DNA of 64,000 nucleotides from the human T2T-CHM13v2.0 reference genome, Homo sapiens. Shown piece after piece: positions 27,051-42,419 of this stretch. Position 1 is the first letter of the stretch. Each line of letters opens with the position of its first letter. The position numbers and the translations under genes were made by a program. The notes under the pieces were generated by a model. That model was not told the DNA's origin. It did not search any database and worked only from the letters and a program-made list of their open reading frames with translations. The stretch lies in the NCBI RefSeq assembly GCF_009914755.1, contig NC_060925.1. The stretch is one strand, 5' to 3'.

Positions 27051-29597
27051 TTTTCCTTTCCTTCTACCCTTTGTTTCCCCATTGGTACCCTCCTATCCTC
27101 AGCCATAAAATTTGATAGCACCAAACTTGCCCCCATCCGCTATGTGAATTAAGCTAATCAAATAATGTAACTCCTTGGTAGTAGTTTTTGGTTGAGGGAT
27201 GAGAACTTAACCCAACTTTTTCCAATTCAAAGGAATGAAATGCAGAACTTCTACTTTATCTCTCAAAAGATACCCTCTATCTTCCCTTAGAAGATATAAT
27301 GTTAATATATGATGTGTCAGAACAGTAAATATACTTATCTAATCACAAAGGAACATTTTAGCCACACTAAGTGGGGAAACAGTCACTCTGTTAAGCCTGA
27401 TGATTTAATTGAAATATCAAAATGCAAAATATTTATGTGTGGGACTGAGGGAGCCCATGATGAGATCTATGTCTTCTCCAAAGTCAATGAATGTATTTTA
27501 TAGTTGGGCCACATTGGAATTAATGCTTCTGTGTCCCTTTTAACTAAATCATTATTTCCTTAAATCAAGCAATATATCGATCCACCTGTTGAGTTACCAT
27601 TCAGATGACTAGTGACTAGAAAGAATGCACTGACACTAGGACATGTTTTCATACTACATATCTTGCAGGCAATTTTTCAGCTCTTAATATCTTCCAGTTT
27701 TAATCATCATTATATCATTTCATTACATTTCTCCCCTAGCCATACAATTAAATAGCAGAAATGTTTTCTGTTGTTGTTATTTCCCTACCCCATGATCCAT
27801 TCTCATGCTATGGCTGATCAATAGATGATCTTTAGAGTAAACTCCAATAGCGATGTGTTATATGTTCCTTTTATCAAGGAGCAAAATTATATATATATAT
27901 ACACATACATACACAAGAATAGACAATGGGTAACAAGAGATAAGTCTGAATTGAATCTGTCTTCTGGTTTATCTTTGAGCATGTTCCGATCGCAGTCCTC
28001 AATTCTACCCATTGCCAGGCCTTCAGTTAATCAAATGAGGCAGTAAGAAATAGGTGACATAAAGCATTACTCCTCCATCTGTTTAGTCATATGGATGGCA
28101 AAAAGCTTATTACTCTGAGGACTTAAATGATTCCTCATTCTTTGAAAGCTGATTGACCATCATATATTGACTCATCTCCATAAAAAACTATGTTCATTCC
28201 AGAGGCTGCACCCACTCACTCATCTCTACCCTTTCCCATTTTATAACTTTGCATTGCTTATTTGCATTGAAAGGGACTGAAAAATCCCAAGTCATCATTC
28301 TTGCTAACCTCTAGATTCCTATTAGGCATAATCATCTTGCCTTTCAGGGCTTTAATAAATAAGAAGGTAACCAAATGTACAACATTATGACTCCTATTAC
28401 TGCTGTCTACGCAGGTTTGCCCTGTCTTCCTCAAGCTTTCCTGTCATTGTGATATGGAGGATATAGTGGCAAAGAACTGAAAATATATAAAAGCAAGACT
28501 AACATTGTCATAAAGAGAATGAGAACAGCAGATAAACATCTGTGAACCAAAACCCAACCCCTAAAAAATAATCCACAGTATGCCAGGACTTTCTACTAGG
28601 AGAACCTGGGAAATTCTAGGCACCTAAAGGGTAGCCTAAGAGAAGACCGTGGTCCTTCATACCTTTTACCAGCAGCATTCCCCAAATACTTTACTGCCTA
28701 TTCACCTCATAAAAGAAACTACAGCAAATATCATTTTCAGTTTAATTCCTCTAGACAACATTCACCACGCTTCTTGCAAAGTGTTTAGCTTTGATTCAAT
28801 TTTCAGCTGCTCTGGATTCTTGACTCTGTGATGACCTTGAACTCAGAGGTTTTTAGGTCCTCTATCCAAGTTAAGTGTTTGAAATAATGGTTCGATAACA
28901 TCAAGATACATTTTTAAGTTGATCTATCTGTTTTATCTTATAACAAAGCAAAATTTTTGACAACTTAGAGTATGAGAAACATCATAATGGCAATGATAGC
29001 ATTTTATGTGCCTACAAATTGAGAATAATACTAAATTTCACAGAACATTTTGGCATAGATTTTCATCAAATGACATAACTTCATTTTTTCCTACAACTAA
29101 TTAGGATGACAAATGAGATCTTTGTTTTGTAATGTAATTATCATAATCAGGAGGTGACAGAGTGGTAGTTTTTTGTTTGTTCTAGTCTCAAAACATTTCA
29201 AACTAATGTAAGTATAGCAGCACATGTGTCCAGAATGATTTGACATGCTCCCTAGCTTTAATGGGTGTGAAATCTATTTCAGTAAAATTTCATTTAGCAT
29301 AGGTTCTGACAAACCATGATCTTTTTTCCCATGTGCATATGAAAAGTATGACTCCATTTTCTCTATTATGATTTATAAGAAGTAGAAATAGCACTTCAAT
29401 TATTACTGCAACACTGATTCAGCATATCATTCCCATCAATGATGATTTGATTACAGCAGATACCTTGTAGTCACACACATAGGAAACTACATAAATATCT
29501 TCATCAGAAGAGAATGATATTCTGGTTAGGTCATTTCAGCTTTTTAAAATTCAAATAATGTTCCCCGAAAACATTATATAATAAGAACCTGAGTTAA

Positions 29598-29936
<339 letters not shown>

Positions 29937-29989
29937 TAGGACAGGATACAATTTTACCAAGGTCTGTAAGTTAAAACTTAATGTAAAAA

Positions 29990-31125
29990 TCAGTAATGTA
30001 AATTTAACCTTTTAAACTGAACAAGTAAGTGGCATTTCGTACAATAATAATATCGTACTGTTGTAGAACCACCTCTATCTAGTTCCAAAATGTGTTCATC
30101 ACTCCAAAATAAAACCCTGTATTTATTATAAAGTCACTCCCTGTTTCCCCTTCCTCTATTACCTGGCAACTCCCAATCTGTGTTTTGTCTTTATGGATGT
30201 ATCTATTCTGGATATTTTATGTAAACAGAATCATAGAAAATGTCATCTCTAATGTCTGGTTTGTTTCATTTAGCATAGTAATTTTAAGGGATATCCACAT
30301 TTTAGTATGTATCACTGTCATTCCTTTTTATGGGTAAATAATGTTCTGTTGTGTGTATGTACCACAATTTGTTTATCCTTTCATCCATTCATGGACGTTT
30401 GTGTTGTTTCCACTTTTGTCAGTTTTCAATAGTGCTGCTATGAACATTCATATTCAAGATTCTGTTTGAATATCTGTTTTCAATTATTTTGTGTGTGTAC
30501 CTAGTCATGGAATTGCTGGGAACATGGTAGTTTTTTGAGGAATCACCAAATTATTTTCCACAGAGGCTGACCTATTTTACATTCCCACTAACAATGATCA
30601 GCATTCCAATTTCTTCTCCACATTCCTGCCTAGACTTGTTAGTTTCCAGTGGGTGGGAAATGGTATTTCACTGTACTTTTGGTTTGCAGTTGCCTAATGA
30701 CTAATGATGCAGAGCATCTTTTCATGAGTTCATTGAACATTTGCATATCTTTAAAGATGTGTCTGTCTAAGTCCTTACCTATTTTAAAATTGGCTTGTCA
30801 TTTTGTTGTTGATAAGTGTCCTTTTTAGATTCTGAATACTAGACCACTCTCAGGTATATAATTTCCAATATTTTCTCACATTCGGTAGGTTGTCTTTTCA
30901 TTTTGTTAATAATGTCCATTGATGCACTTTTTTATTTTGATGAATTCTAATCTATCTATTGTTTTCCTTTGTTATTCATGCTTTTGATGCCCTTTGTAAG
31001 AATCCATTGTCAAAGCAAGATCACAAGGATTTTCTGTTTTCTTCTGAGAATTTTATCGTTTACACTTATATTTAGGTTGTTGATTAAATTTTAGTTGACT
31101 TTTTATATGTTGTGCAAGATAAGTG
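29990..31125 (-). mobile_element. L1MB (MB7/8-like) 3' region
   Basis: accacctctatctagttccaaaa..ttcatcactccaaaataaaaccctgta; tctattctggatatttt; aatagtgctgctatgaacattc; ctaatgactaatgatgcagagcatcttttcatg. Confidence 0.85.
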
Positions 31126-31662
31126 TCTTCTTCCAGTCTTTGCAGATTGGCCTTGTGCCAAGACACATCTCCAACACCTAACAGTGGTTACACTGAAACT
31201 AGAGGTCAGTCAGTAGTGAAAACTCAAGTTAGTGAAAACTCAAGTCTTCTCAAGTCTTATCTGTGCATGTGACTTGTCCTAGGTATATGTGCTGTCTTTC
31301 TAAATTTCCCTATACACATAGCTGTATTTGATGGTCCAAATTCCTGGAAGGTATTTTATGCAGCTTTTGCTCCCAGAATTTAGGCAGTCTATCATACACT
31401 TTGACTGTATGTTTTGAAAACTTGAATAACAAAAAAGACTTTCTAGAAAAATATCAATTACTTTTAAAAATGACACTAAAAGAGATAGAAAATGTAGGCA
31501 AATAATTCTCATGCAAAATGTTGATTATTAATTCGCCCAATTTAGCTATCTGAAGAATTATTTGCGGAAGGAATCACAGAAGAATATTATAAGTTAATTT
31601 AAACACAGATTGCATCAATTCTAAATTCCTAATTGCAGAATTTAATGGAAATAAGAAAGCCA

Positions 31663-31960
<298 letters not shown>

Positions 31961-32032
31961 AGAGAGGAGAGGGGAGGGGAGGGGAGGAGAGGAGAGGGGA
32001 GGGAAGGGGAGGGGAGGGGAGGGGGAGAGGAA
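31961..32032. repeat. (GGAGA/GGGGA)n purine repeat
   Basis: agagaggagaggggaggggaggggaggagaggagaggggagggaagggga... Confidence 0.9.
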
Positions 32033-32039
32033 AGAGCCA

Positions 32040-33325
32040 TAATAGATATGAAACCAACGCCACAATATTGATTCCCTAATTCAAGTAAGGAGTACAAAAT
32101 AAGGGCAGCTGCATACCAACTCACTTTAGCTATCAATACAAAAATATAAGTTACATCACAGAAAATAGATTCATTCCGGTTATACTAAGCAAGGTTAATA
32201 TAACAATAAGTAGCATTCAAACATATTTTATACTCATGTACATGACTGAATATATTAATAGGTCAAAAAAAAGGCTCTTTAACAAATACCAGAGAAACAG
32301 AAATAGCCTTTAATAAAGTTCAGCATCGACTACTTGCAAATACTTTTACAAAGAATACTAGATTTATATATGCGTGTGTACTTATATATATACACAAACA
32401 CAAACATACATATGTAAAAATTTATATATGTGTGAGTGCTTTTATATATCTATAATCAAATTATGTATATTATATATAATCAAACTAAAGGTTTTATTCA
32501 AATAATAAGCAATAAAATTCAACACAAATTACTTCCAAAACTTTAACTACAATAGTGTGACATGCACATATGTATGTACATAAAGTATATTTATATAAGA
32601 TGCATATGTTATTATATAATCCTATCTATCCTCATGAAAAGTTATAACAAAATGGTAATAAATTTATTCCTTCTTGTTAAATTCATGCAATAGTAGAAAC
32701 AGCTAAAATTTATGTCAGTTGGTTAAAAATTAATATGCAAAACTCAATAGGTTACTTATATACAATGATTAAAAAAGCTTAGAAATGTACTTAACAATAA
32801 ATATGTAGATAGCCCCTTTATGAGAAAATTATTTAAATTTTACATCAATCATGTACATATGCAGACTCATACTGTCTTAAAATGGTTCAACATTGTGAAG
32901 ATGCAAATTTGACACAAATTCACATATAGATTTAATACAATTGCAATAAAAATATGCACAAGTTTTTATCTGTTTTGTTTTGGTATCCCATAAGTTGTTT
33001 TTTAATTTCTAAGTAAACAACAATAAACAAGCAAAAATACTAGGAAAAAACCTTTAAAGAGAATAATTATAGAAAGAAGTAGCCTTGCCTTTATGAAAAT
33101 ATACTGTTAGACTACAGTAAAATAAAGTGTTTAGTACTGGAATATAAAGACATTAACGAAGCAGGTTAGATAGCCTAAATATAGATAGAGATACATACAA
33201 CAATTTATGGCATATGAATATGGCATATCTTTTCAGAGACAAATAATGTTTTGACAGATTAACATAATCTTGGAAAGAAGGGAAGGAAGGAAAAATAAAG
33301 AGAAAGAAAGAAAGAAAGAAAGAAA

Positions 33326-33364
<39 letters not shown>

Positions 33365-33900
33365 CAAGGAAGGAAGGAAGGAAGGAAGAAAGAAAGAAAG
33401 AACCAGACCTAACAACGAAATAAATTCCAAATATACCAACATTTTAGTATATGCACAGAAAAATTGTGTGGGTCCTAGAAAATAGGTCCAACCTTAATTG
33501 TTATGCTTTTCTTTCTAAAATGTCATAATTACAATATATGTTAGGCAATATTTTGCAGAAAACTACAAAATTATTAGAGAAAATTTGATAACTAGAGTAA
33601 GTTTAACATGTCCACATAACAAGAGTTAAACAGAAAAAAGTCGAAGCCATAAAATAAATCAAAACATCATAATTCATGAGACAAACAATAACAGAAACAT
33701 GAAACAAACAATGGGCATAATAAACACAAGGAAAAATATAAATGGGCTGTACATGTATAGAAGAAGCTTTAGCCTGGTTCATAATGAAAGAGATGCAGAC
33801 CCAAATAACAATGGCAAATCATTGTTCAGCTATTACAGATGTTTTTGGTGTCCACAATAGAGTCCCTGTTCATAAAATCTTGGTGTGCATTTAAAAATTA
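32040..33900 (+). mobile_element. Highly degraded old L1M ORF2 fragments
   Basis: ttcaacattgtgaagatgcaaattt..caaatt.acatatagatttaatacaatt; tagactacagtaaaataaagtgt; aaataaattccaaat. Confidence 0.55.
33273..33402. repeat. (GAAA)n/(GGAA)n compound microsatellite
   Basis: agaaagaaagaaagaaagaa...aggaaggaaggaaggaagaaagaaagaaag. Confidence 0.95.
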
Positions 33901-33910
33901 GTGCAAATTA

Positions 33911-34117
33911 TTTTTAATTTTTTTAACTTTTATATTAAGTTCATGGGCACATGTGTAGGTTTGTTACATAGGTAAACTTGTGTTATAGAGATTATTTTAT
34001 TACGCAGGTATTAAGCCTAGTACCCATGATTTATTTTTGTTGCTTTTTCCTGATCCTCTTCCTCCTGCCACCCTCCACTCTCCCATAGGCCCCAGTGTGT
34101 GTTGTTTCCTTCTATGT
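33911..34117 (-). mobile_element. Short L1PA (PA13-16-like) 3' end
   Basis: T-tail, acatgtgtaggtttgttacataggtaaacttgtg, caggtattaagcctagtaccca, ataggccccagtgtgtgttgtt. Confidence 0.88.
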
Positions 34118-35184
34118 TATCAAGTCAATTTAACGTCACTCAGCATTTAAAATTTCTTCCTATGTTATCAAGTCAATTTATTAACATCACTCAGCATTTA
34201 AAATACATGTATGCGTTTAACCAATTCCACTGCCACAGCCATGGGATATACTAGCAAAAGCATTGAAGACATGATGTTAATAGTTGCAAAATCCCTGAAA
34301 TTATAGCCACTTACGTAGTAGAGAGAATAACTCAAATAAACAACTACATAGTTGTTAATAAGAATGAGATCTGTGGAAGATACTCAAGTGAGTTCCATAT
34401 TACTAACAATATGAAACTTGGCTCATCTTCCAAAATAGTAAATGCTGTTGACTGTCTCACCTCACTTTCCCTTAAATTCCTTTTTAAAATTCAGGGAGAG
34501 AAAGACCGAGTGTGATTTTCTTGGACCACTCTTTAATTCACCAAAATAAGGAGGGAAAAGAAAGAAATTCACAGCAAATTAAAGTATTTCCTGCTGCTTC
34601 CCCAATGACAGTCTTAATTTTCTCATTCTCTTGAGAAAGAAAAACTCTAGTTTTATCACTGCCAGGTGTTTGGATTTTATTGGAAGTATCATTTGAACTA
34701 ATTGTTTTCTCTCATTGAAATTTCTAGATGTGCCAGATTCAAACAGACCCACAAAACAGGTGTTGAGATTTTGGAGTAACAGCAGGAACTTTCTTGGGCT
34801 CGTTAAAAGAGGGCCTTAATTACAATAGCTATTTACACTTATGGTCCCTCAAGAGTAGAACCTGTTCTCCCTTTTTTGGGAACTGATTGGTGTATTCCAG
34901 CATACTGCTTAGGAGACCAGGGCACAGTGAAATCTTCATTCAGATGAGTGCAAGTAAGGCTTATTTAAGTTGCCTATTGCCTTTAGTCATTCCATTAATA
35001 AATACAGAGGTAAAAAGTCTTCAAAACATGGAAGAAAACATACATCAGAGTAAGCCATCTTCTGGAAAAACATTCTTAAACTCATTTGTTTACAAGAAAA
35101 AAAGCAAAACTAGACAAGTAGGAGTTAATGATATCAATAGTAAAGGGCACATTGATGTTTTTTTCTAGCAAGTTGACAGTCAAA

Positions 35185-35320
35185 ATATGGTGCCTGGAAC
35201 AGGAACATTAAGATCACCTGGGAGCATTAAGAAACATAGAATCTCAGGCCCAAATCTGAATTATCTAAACCAGAATCTACATTTTATGAAGACCACCAGG
35301 TTATTCTATGCATCTTAAGG
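35185..35320. mobile_element. MER5A-like hAT-Charlie fragment
   Basis: atcacctgggagc.ttaagaaacatagaatctcaggccc...cagaatctacatttta..aagacc.ccaggttattctatgca. Confidence 0.7.
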
Positions 35321-35692
35321 GCCAAGAAGGATATAGCGTTCATTCAGCTTTCATTATTACTTTACTTAAGACAAGTGAGGAAAGGATTTCTATATTAAAA
35401 AAAAAGCATGTTAGGACATTTGGTAGGATAAGAAAAAGTGACTGGGATGGGACAAAAACAGGGCTTGGAGATGTTTCCAATATTCAATTGATTGACTTGG
35501 GTGGTTCACACAGATGTTTTATTTGTGATAATCCACTAAAATATACATGTATGCCCAGTTAAAGTATTATTGTGTAGTTTGTACTAATTTAAAATGGTGG
35601 CATTGAAAGTTAAATAATAAATTTTAAAAGAAACAAAAAATTGTATGTTATACTATCAGAACCATAACAACTTTTATTGCTATGTTTTGATA

Positions 35693-35797
35693 CCAGGTTG
35701 ATAGGTGCAGCCAACACCATGGCACAAGTGTGCCTTTGTAACAAACCTGCATATTCAGCACATATATCACAGAACTTAAACTAAAATTTTTAAAAAA
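35693..35797 (+). mobile_element. Very short L1PA (PA7/8-like) 3' end
   Basis: ggttgataggtgcagc.aacaccatggcaca.gtgt.cct.tgtaacaaacctgca..cagaacttaaa + A-rich. Confidence 0.8.
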
Positions 35798-35816
35798 TAG
35801 TTGGAAATTTAAAGTA

Positions 35817-36196
35817 CAGTCTTGCATCACATAATGTTTTGGTCAATGACAGATCACATACAGACAATGGTCCCATGAGATTATGATGAAGCTAAAAAGT
35901 TTCTATCATCTAGTGATATTTTAACCAAGGCAACGTCCTAGTGCTAGGCATTACCTTTTCTGTATTTAGATACACAGATATCATTTTGTTACAGTTGCCT
36001 ACGGTATTCAGTTACAGTAAAATGCTTTAACCACTTGAAGCCAAGAAGCAATAGGATATACCATATAGCCTATGTGTGTACTAGGCCACACCATTTAGGT
36101 TTGTGGAAAGAAACTCTATGATGTTTGCTGAGTGACAAAATCACCTAAAGACATATTTCTCCGAATGTGTCTTCGTTGTTAAGCAACGCATGACTG
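35817..36196. mobile_element. Tigger3/MER7-type non-autonomous DNA transposon
   Basis: TA|cagtcttgcatcacataa ... ttaagcaacgcatgactg|TA: terminal inverted repeats with TA TSDs. Confidence 0.88.
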
Positions 36197-39100
36197 TATA
36201 TGACGTGACATGTCACAATATCAGAAGGTAAGAAACACTATAGAACAGTAAGAATAGTAGAAAGAAGTGGTAGATGCTAGAAGTATTTTTCACGCCCTAG
36301 CAGAGCACCCAGAGAAAAACTTTCTAATCTCAGGACTATAGTATTTGTATTAAAAATATAGAGTTTTAAAATTTTAGAAAAAACACTTATTTTCCAAAGA
36401 CATGTATTTTTCTCTTACGAAGAAAGGTCCTCCAAGACAATTAGCAAATCAGAATTTGGACCTCAGTCATAACAAATTACAACATTTATAAATGAAATGA
36501 ATTAATATTTATGCCATATGGTAGTGCTTACATAAAAACCTAAAATGTCAGCGATATAGTATACAAAAATATTTTAAAATGTAGAAATATGTGCCAGCCT
36601 TATTAGGTATTAAGAAAAAAGAGAGCTGTTTTGAATCTTTTTCTTAGTAATAAAGTCATTTTGATTAAATAAAATATTGTTTGCTCCTCTGGTTAAGCAT
36701 TTAGTAAGATCATAATATCCTAAAATTAATTTCTGCAGATTTTGAATGTTTTGTGTGCATAATGAACTCAGACAATTTTTTTCTTTTTTAGAAGAAACGT
36801 ATAAATAAGTCAAGAGTATCAGCATTAAATACACTGTGAGGATAGCATTACTACCTGTGAGACAAAGGATGGTTTCTGAAATATCAATGTAACATTTAGG
36901 TTTTGAAAGAGGCAATGTTTCAAATGTTGATATGCTACCCATAAAGACAAGAGATATTCTATCCCAAGATTAATTTATACAGAACAGTTATGGGTTTGTG
37001 TCATCTGAGCTCAAAAATCTTAAAAAGGAATAAAAATCAAATAATTAAAATAGATTGTCTTACACTGTGTCTCAATTTTTTTAGGGAGGAATGTGTCATT
37101 ATTCTGACACAAATAAAATTTATTTCCATTGCCTTCTTGACAAACATATATTTGCTCTGCCAAAGCCTTTTTTGTCTACAAAACTATTTTCATTACTAGT
37201 TTAAGTCATCAGCCTTAATAAATTTCAATTTTAGATATCTGTTTCATGTTAATCTTCTATATCTTAACTTTGAGAACTTCTATCAACAAGTTTTCCTGTA
37301 ATTCTTTTAAATGATTAGTTTCACCATTATTTATTGCCATAAAAAATTAAATGGAAGGAGAATTAAATATATTAAATGAACTCTAGTATTTTTATGTGAT
37401 TCTGAACTTAAAGTGAAATATTTGTCTTTAGTCATACAGCTAAGTAGCAAGGTTTGAATCAGAAAAATTATATGTCGATAACTTATTCACCCATTGGTTA
37501 AGTTGAGCCAAGTAAGGTATTACAATTTACTTAAGTCTCACTCTTTTTCAAACTGTCTGAGTAACTATAATTCTAGTGTTACGATGACAGTTGAATGTCA
37601 TCAGACAATATGAATTTTTGACAAATCCAGAAGACAGCAAATAATCCATTATTTACAAATCATCTTCTCATTATTGATCAGAAAGACATTGTTTCTTTAA
37701 ATCAAATCTATCCAAAAACTCAATTCACATAAGCCCTCTGCATTTTACACAAAAATATACACCAAAAATAAAATAGTTAAGAGTAGATCTTAAGTGCTAA
37801 TTCAATTAGGGAAACAACATCTACAGCTACTTTTATGACAGAAATTATTCCATGTACTAAAATGCTGAGAAAGGTAGGAAAATGCCCCTGACTTCAGGAG
37901 CTTACATTTTAATCAATGAATCAGCTATTTTTGCAGAAGAAAAAAAAAACAAAGTCAATGATATGAATGAACCTCACTAAAATAAAGTAAATGAATGTTC
38001 AGGCACCACATTCAGAATACACCGAATCCTAAGGGTAGGAGGGAACCCTGCATTAAGCAATGCCTTTTATTTATTATTGTTCTGGTTTAAGAGCCTATTA
38101 CCAAGATAATCAAGTTAGGCTTAAAATGGGAGATTATTTTTGTTTAATTTTTTCTCTCTCTTTAAAAAAATAAATTTTATATTAAGCACCTCTACTGCTA
38201 TCTTCTTAAAGGCTCTGTCAACTCCAAATATCCTGATTATGTATGTCTTATTAAATAGGGTCCTATTAATCAGAGAAGATAAAAAGATTTTACTGAAAGG
38301 GGAAGTACTACATTATTGATTAGTGTAAAAATCCTTCATTCTTAACAGAAAGTCGTCAACATAATTTAGAGACTATTTGGTGGAATATTCAGAGTTTGTC
38401 ACATCACAAATTCAATTAAGTAGTGAAAGTTAATTTCTTAGAATGAGATTTTGAAAAGAACTGCCTCTTTATATTATGGAACACAATAAAAGAGTAACTC
38501 GGCTTTATCACCACAAAAATATTAAGATGTTTATGCCAATATCCATTTTGTTTGAGCATATTCATTTTGGAAGAAATAATGTATTCACTGGCCTGAACAG
38601 TATTTTTTTGTTCTAAATGAATTTTGTAAAAGGAACATGTCTAAGGGTATTGGGGAATATGAATTTCTTCTTGTAAAAATTTAAATACAATTAAACTACT
38701 AATAAATGATTTGAGCTATGATTTTAAACTTTTGTAAACATTTAATTATTAACTACAATATATTAGTGAAGAATTAATGACTGCAGCTCTGTCAGTCCTA
38801 ATGTATAGAATACTAATATAGAGGGCTGAATATTTTATATGACTATGAACACTACTGTGTAATGAATACAGAACACAGAGACACACATATGCACACTAGA
38901 ACCACACACATATATATACACATACACTGCACACATTTTCCAATCTTCAAATACCAAATGTCACTGAACCAACACAAATCCCAGGGGAACATGAAATAAG
39001 ATGAACAGCTTAGGTAACAGGTGTTTCCTTGAAATATCCTATTTAAATTTCTGAACCTGGTAATTCCTTTACAATCATTCATTTGGTCTCCTGGAATTAT

Positions 39101-39847
39101 AATTTCCAAATGTTTTAGAGCTTTGCATAAATCTCATACTTCACAGCGCTTTTTTTTTTTTTTTTTAAGGACCCAGCTGGTTGGTTACATACAGGGACTC
39201 TTTTTTCCCAACTACTTGCTGTGGAACTCTTTATATTGGCTACTGCTTGTAATTGTCCTGTAGGATTCCAGATCATACAGCTTATTTAATTAAAAAAAAA
39301 GATTTAAAGTGGTTAAGATGTGTGTTTGTGTTTTATAAAAGGGAAATAGCACAAACATTGTACAAAAAAATCCCTGTATAATTCTGCACCAAGGCTTAAA
39401 AGCAACTCAATTCTACCTCAGTTTTCTTCCTCCTTCTTTTTCCTTTTTCTTACTCTCTTCCTGTTCTTCTTCATCTTCTTCATCCTCTTCATCTTGGTTT
39501 TCTTATTCTTTTTCTGACTGTAGTAAAATAATCCAATAAAATGCTTCAAAATAAAAGGAAATTGTGTAGACTGGCTCACTAGAACGATCTTTCAGTTCTG
39601 CTGGGGCTAGAAAAACATGGTATTTCTAAAGCCAGTAAGTGTAAAATCATAACATTTGAACAATGAAAATAAGCAAAAAAAAAAAAAAAATCAGTCTGCT
39701 GTACGGATTTACTTTCCCATTTTCCAAACATGTATTTGTTTTGTATAGATATATCTCTTACCAGAGTGAATATAGACAAGAATATAGACAAGAATATCAA
39801 TATTCAGCATAAGAGAGAACATAATAATATATCCATAACCAGGAAAA

Positions 39848-40352
39848 TGTGGTAATTATCTATTGCTTATAAAAAAAATCTCAAAACTTAGTGACTAACA
39901 ACAGTTATTTTTCCACATATTTTGGGTCAGGAATTCTGGAGTAGCTTTAGTTGGTGGTTCTAGCTAAGAGTCTCACTGTAACTCTAATCAAGGTGTCAGC
40001 CAGGGTTGCAGTCAGTTCATGAGTCAACTGAGAGAGAATCCACTACGAAGCTTGTTTACATTCAGATCTCAAGCTCTTTCTGGTTGCTGATTGGAAACAC
40101 TAGTTCCTGTTCACACTGACCTCTCCACTAGGCTGCTTGCAAGATAGTAGCTTGCTTGTCCCAGAACTATTGATCCAAGATGGAAACACACAGCCTCCCC
40201 AAGTTGAATAACCTTGCTGTTTTTGCCACCTAATTTATAAACAATTGTGCTATCTCTTCTATAATACTCTATTCATTATGAGCCAGTACGTCCAACTGGA
40301 ATACCAGAAGGCTGGGGTAATTACAAGAACGACTTAAGAGGAGCATAATACA
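39848..40352 (-). mobile_element. MLT1 (G/H-like) MaLR LTR
   Basis: tatctattgct..caaaacttagtgact.a.caaca..tgggtcaggaatt..ttagttggtggttctagctaagagtctca..aggtgtcagccagggttgcagtca. Confidence 0.75.
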
Positions 40353-40401
40353 AAACAAAAAGAAAGATAGCAGTCGTTATAACGTATTGGGGTTTTTCAA
40401 T

Positions 40402-41013
40402 TGTATTATTCAGAGTTTTTCCAGAAACAGCACCAATAAGATAGATAGATGATGATAGATAGATAGATAGACAGATAAATAGATGATAGATCAATAAATG
40501 GATGGATAGACAGATAAATGAATGGATAGATTGATGATAGATAATAGAGACATAAATATAGGGATATCTAAATAAGAAGTTTTATTATGAGGGATTGGCT
40601 CATGCAATTATAGAGGATGAGAAGTCTTATGATCTACCATCTGCAAGCTGGGGTCCCAGGAGAGTCAGTGGTGTATTGCCAATCTAAGTCCAATATCGTG
40701 AGAACCAAGGTACCCAGTAAGTCACGGTTCAATTTGAAGCCTGAAGGCCTGAGGAACAAGAGCACTGATGAACAAAAGTAGAAGAGAATAAATGTTCCAT
40801 CTCAAGAAAAGAGAGCTTCTTCCTCTAACTTTTGGTTCTGTTCTGACCCTCAATACATTGGGTGGTGCCTATCCACAAGGAGAGGGTGCTCTTCTTTACT
40901 CAGTCTACTGATTAAAATGCTAATTTCTTCTGGAGATATCCTCATGGACACATAAAAATAATGTTGTACCACATATTATCCCAGTCAAGTGGCACCTAAA
41001 ATTAACCATTCCA
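40402..41013 (-). mobile_element. MLT2B-like ERVL LTR containing (GATA)n
   Basis: tgtattattcagagtttttccagaaacag.accaatag; ttattatgagggattggctcatgcaatta; ctttactcagtctactgattaaaatgctaat; cagtcaagtggcac.taaaattaaccat. Confidence 0.88.
40440..40545. repeat. (GATA)n microsatellite
   Basis: atagatagatgatgatagatagatagatagacagat... Confidence 0.9.
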
Positions 41014-42419
41014 ACCATGCTCTATAAATTTTTCAGGTGCTTTATGTGTATTAATCCATTTAATTCTCCCAATAAACTTTGTATCTGTGATTATGTAGCC
41101 TCTTTTTACAATGAGAAAAGTTAAAACGACTATAAAACCAAATAAATTATATAAAACAGCAATAAAAAAAATAAGCAATACAGGGAAACTTTCGGGGAAC
41201 AGGAAGTTAGTTACACATTGACTTTGGACTTTTCAAAAGAATATAATCCAAATCCTTTCACAAGAAAATAGAACAAAAGAAGTGGAGAAAGTATATTGCT
41301 TTGCCAAGGAGAAAATTGTCAGGTTTAAGGCTGGTTGTGAGAGGCAAAACCAAAAAGGAAGACACTGCAGAGAAGGAGCCCCAAAATCTAAGTAAACATT
41401 TCTATAAGTTATTGGCTAATTTCTTAACTATGCAACCCTGAAGGGTGAGACTACAAGAAACTCAAGAAGAAAAACGAGAGCTATTATCCTTCATATAAAA
41501 AGAGAATTTCTATTATAAGAAAATATCATCTTCTACAGCAACTGCAATTTTTCATGTTCAGAAAAAAAACCAAATGACTTAAGACCAATAGAAAAAGGAG
41601 GCATTAGAAACAAATTCACAGATAGTTCATATTTTAAATCTATAGATAGTTCATATTTTAAATCTATTTGGCAGGGACATTAAAATATTGTTATTTATAT
41701 ACATAAACATAAATTGTATATAAATTAATAAAGTATATACAATGTAATGTACTTAAAATATTAAGATTATTATTTTAATATAAACATGATTATTCAAATA
41801 ATGGCAAGATGGAAAATCAAAAAAACAAAGAACAGAAGAAACATAGAAATCAAATAACAAAATTAAATTTAATAAGTCTATATTTATAATCATTTTAAAT
41901 GAAAATAGCGTAACACAGAAATTAAAAGCAAATGAGCAAAAAATATATAAAATGTGATTGTATACTAAAAAGACACCTTTGACTATTTGAAGGTAAGAAT
42001 TATTAGAATCAAAAAGTAATAATTATAAATTAATGTGAGGAATAATAAAATAAATATATTTCATATATTAAGAGGACCAATAAAATAAAATAATACAATA
42101 AAAGAAATAATAAAGTAATTGAATAATCAATTCAAGAGGAACAAATGTATAATCTCAAGCATGTATGCAACTAGTAACATAGCTGCAATATAAGTTAAGA
42201 AAATCCCACACAATGAAAGGGAGAAATACACCCACTGTCAATAATCTAGAAGGTTTTTAACACCTTTATCCTGCCTTACAGAACAAACAAACAACCAAAA
42301 CAAAATCAGTAAGATACTACAATAATTAACCATATTTGGATACTGAGTTAAATTGTGTATATAAAATACTACACCAAAAGACCACAGAGTGCATATTTAC
42401 TAAAGGAATTTCAAAATAC

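Noticed and set aside
27100-27620. Possible ancient LTR (LTR16/33/MLT1-like) remnant
   Set aside because: Too degraded to assign family or boundaries by eye.
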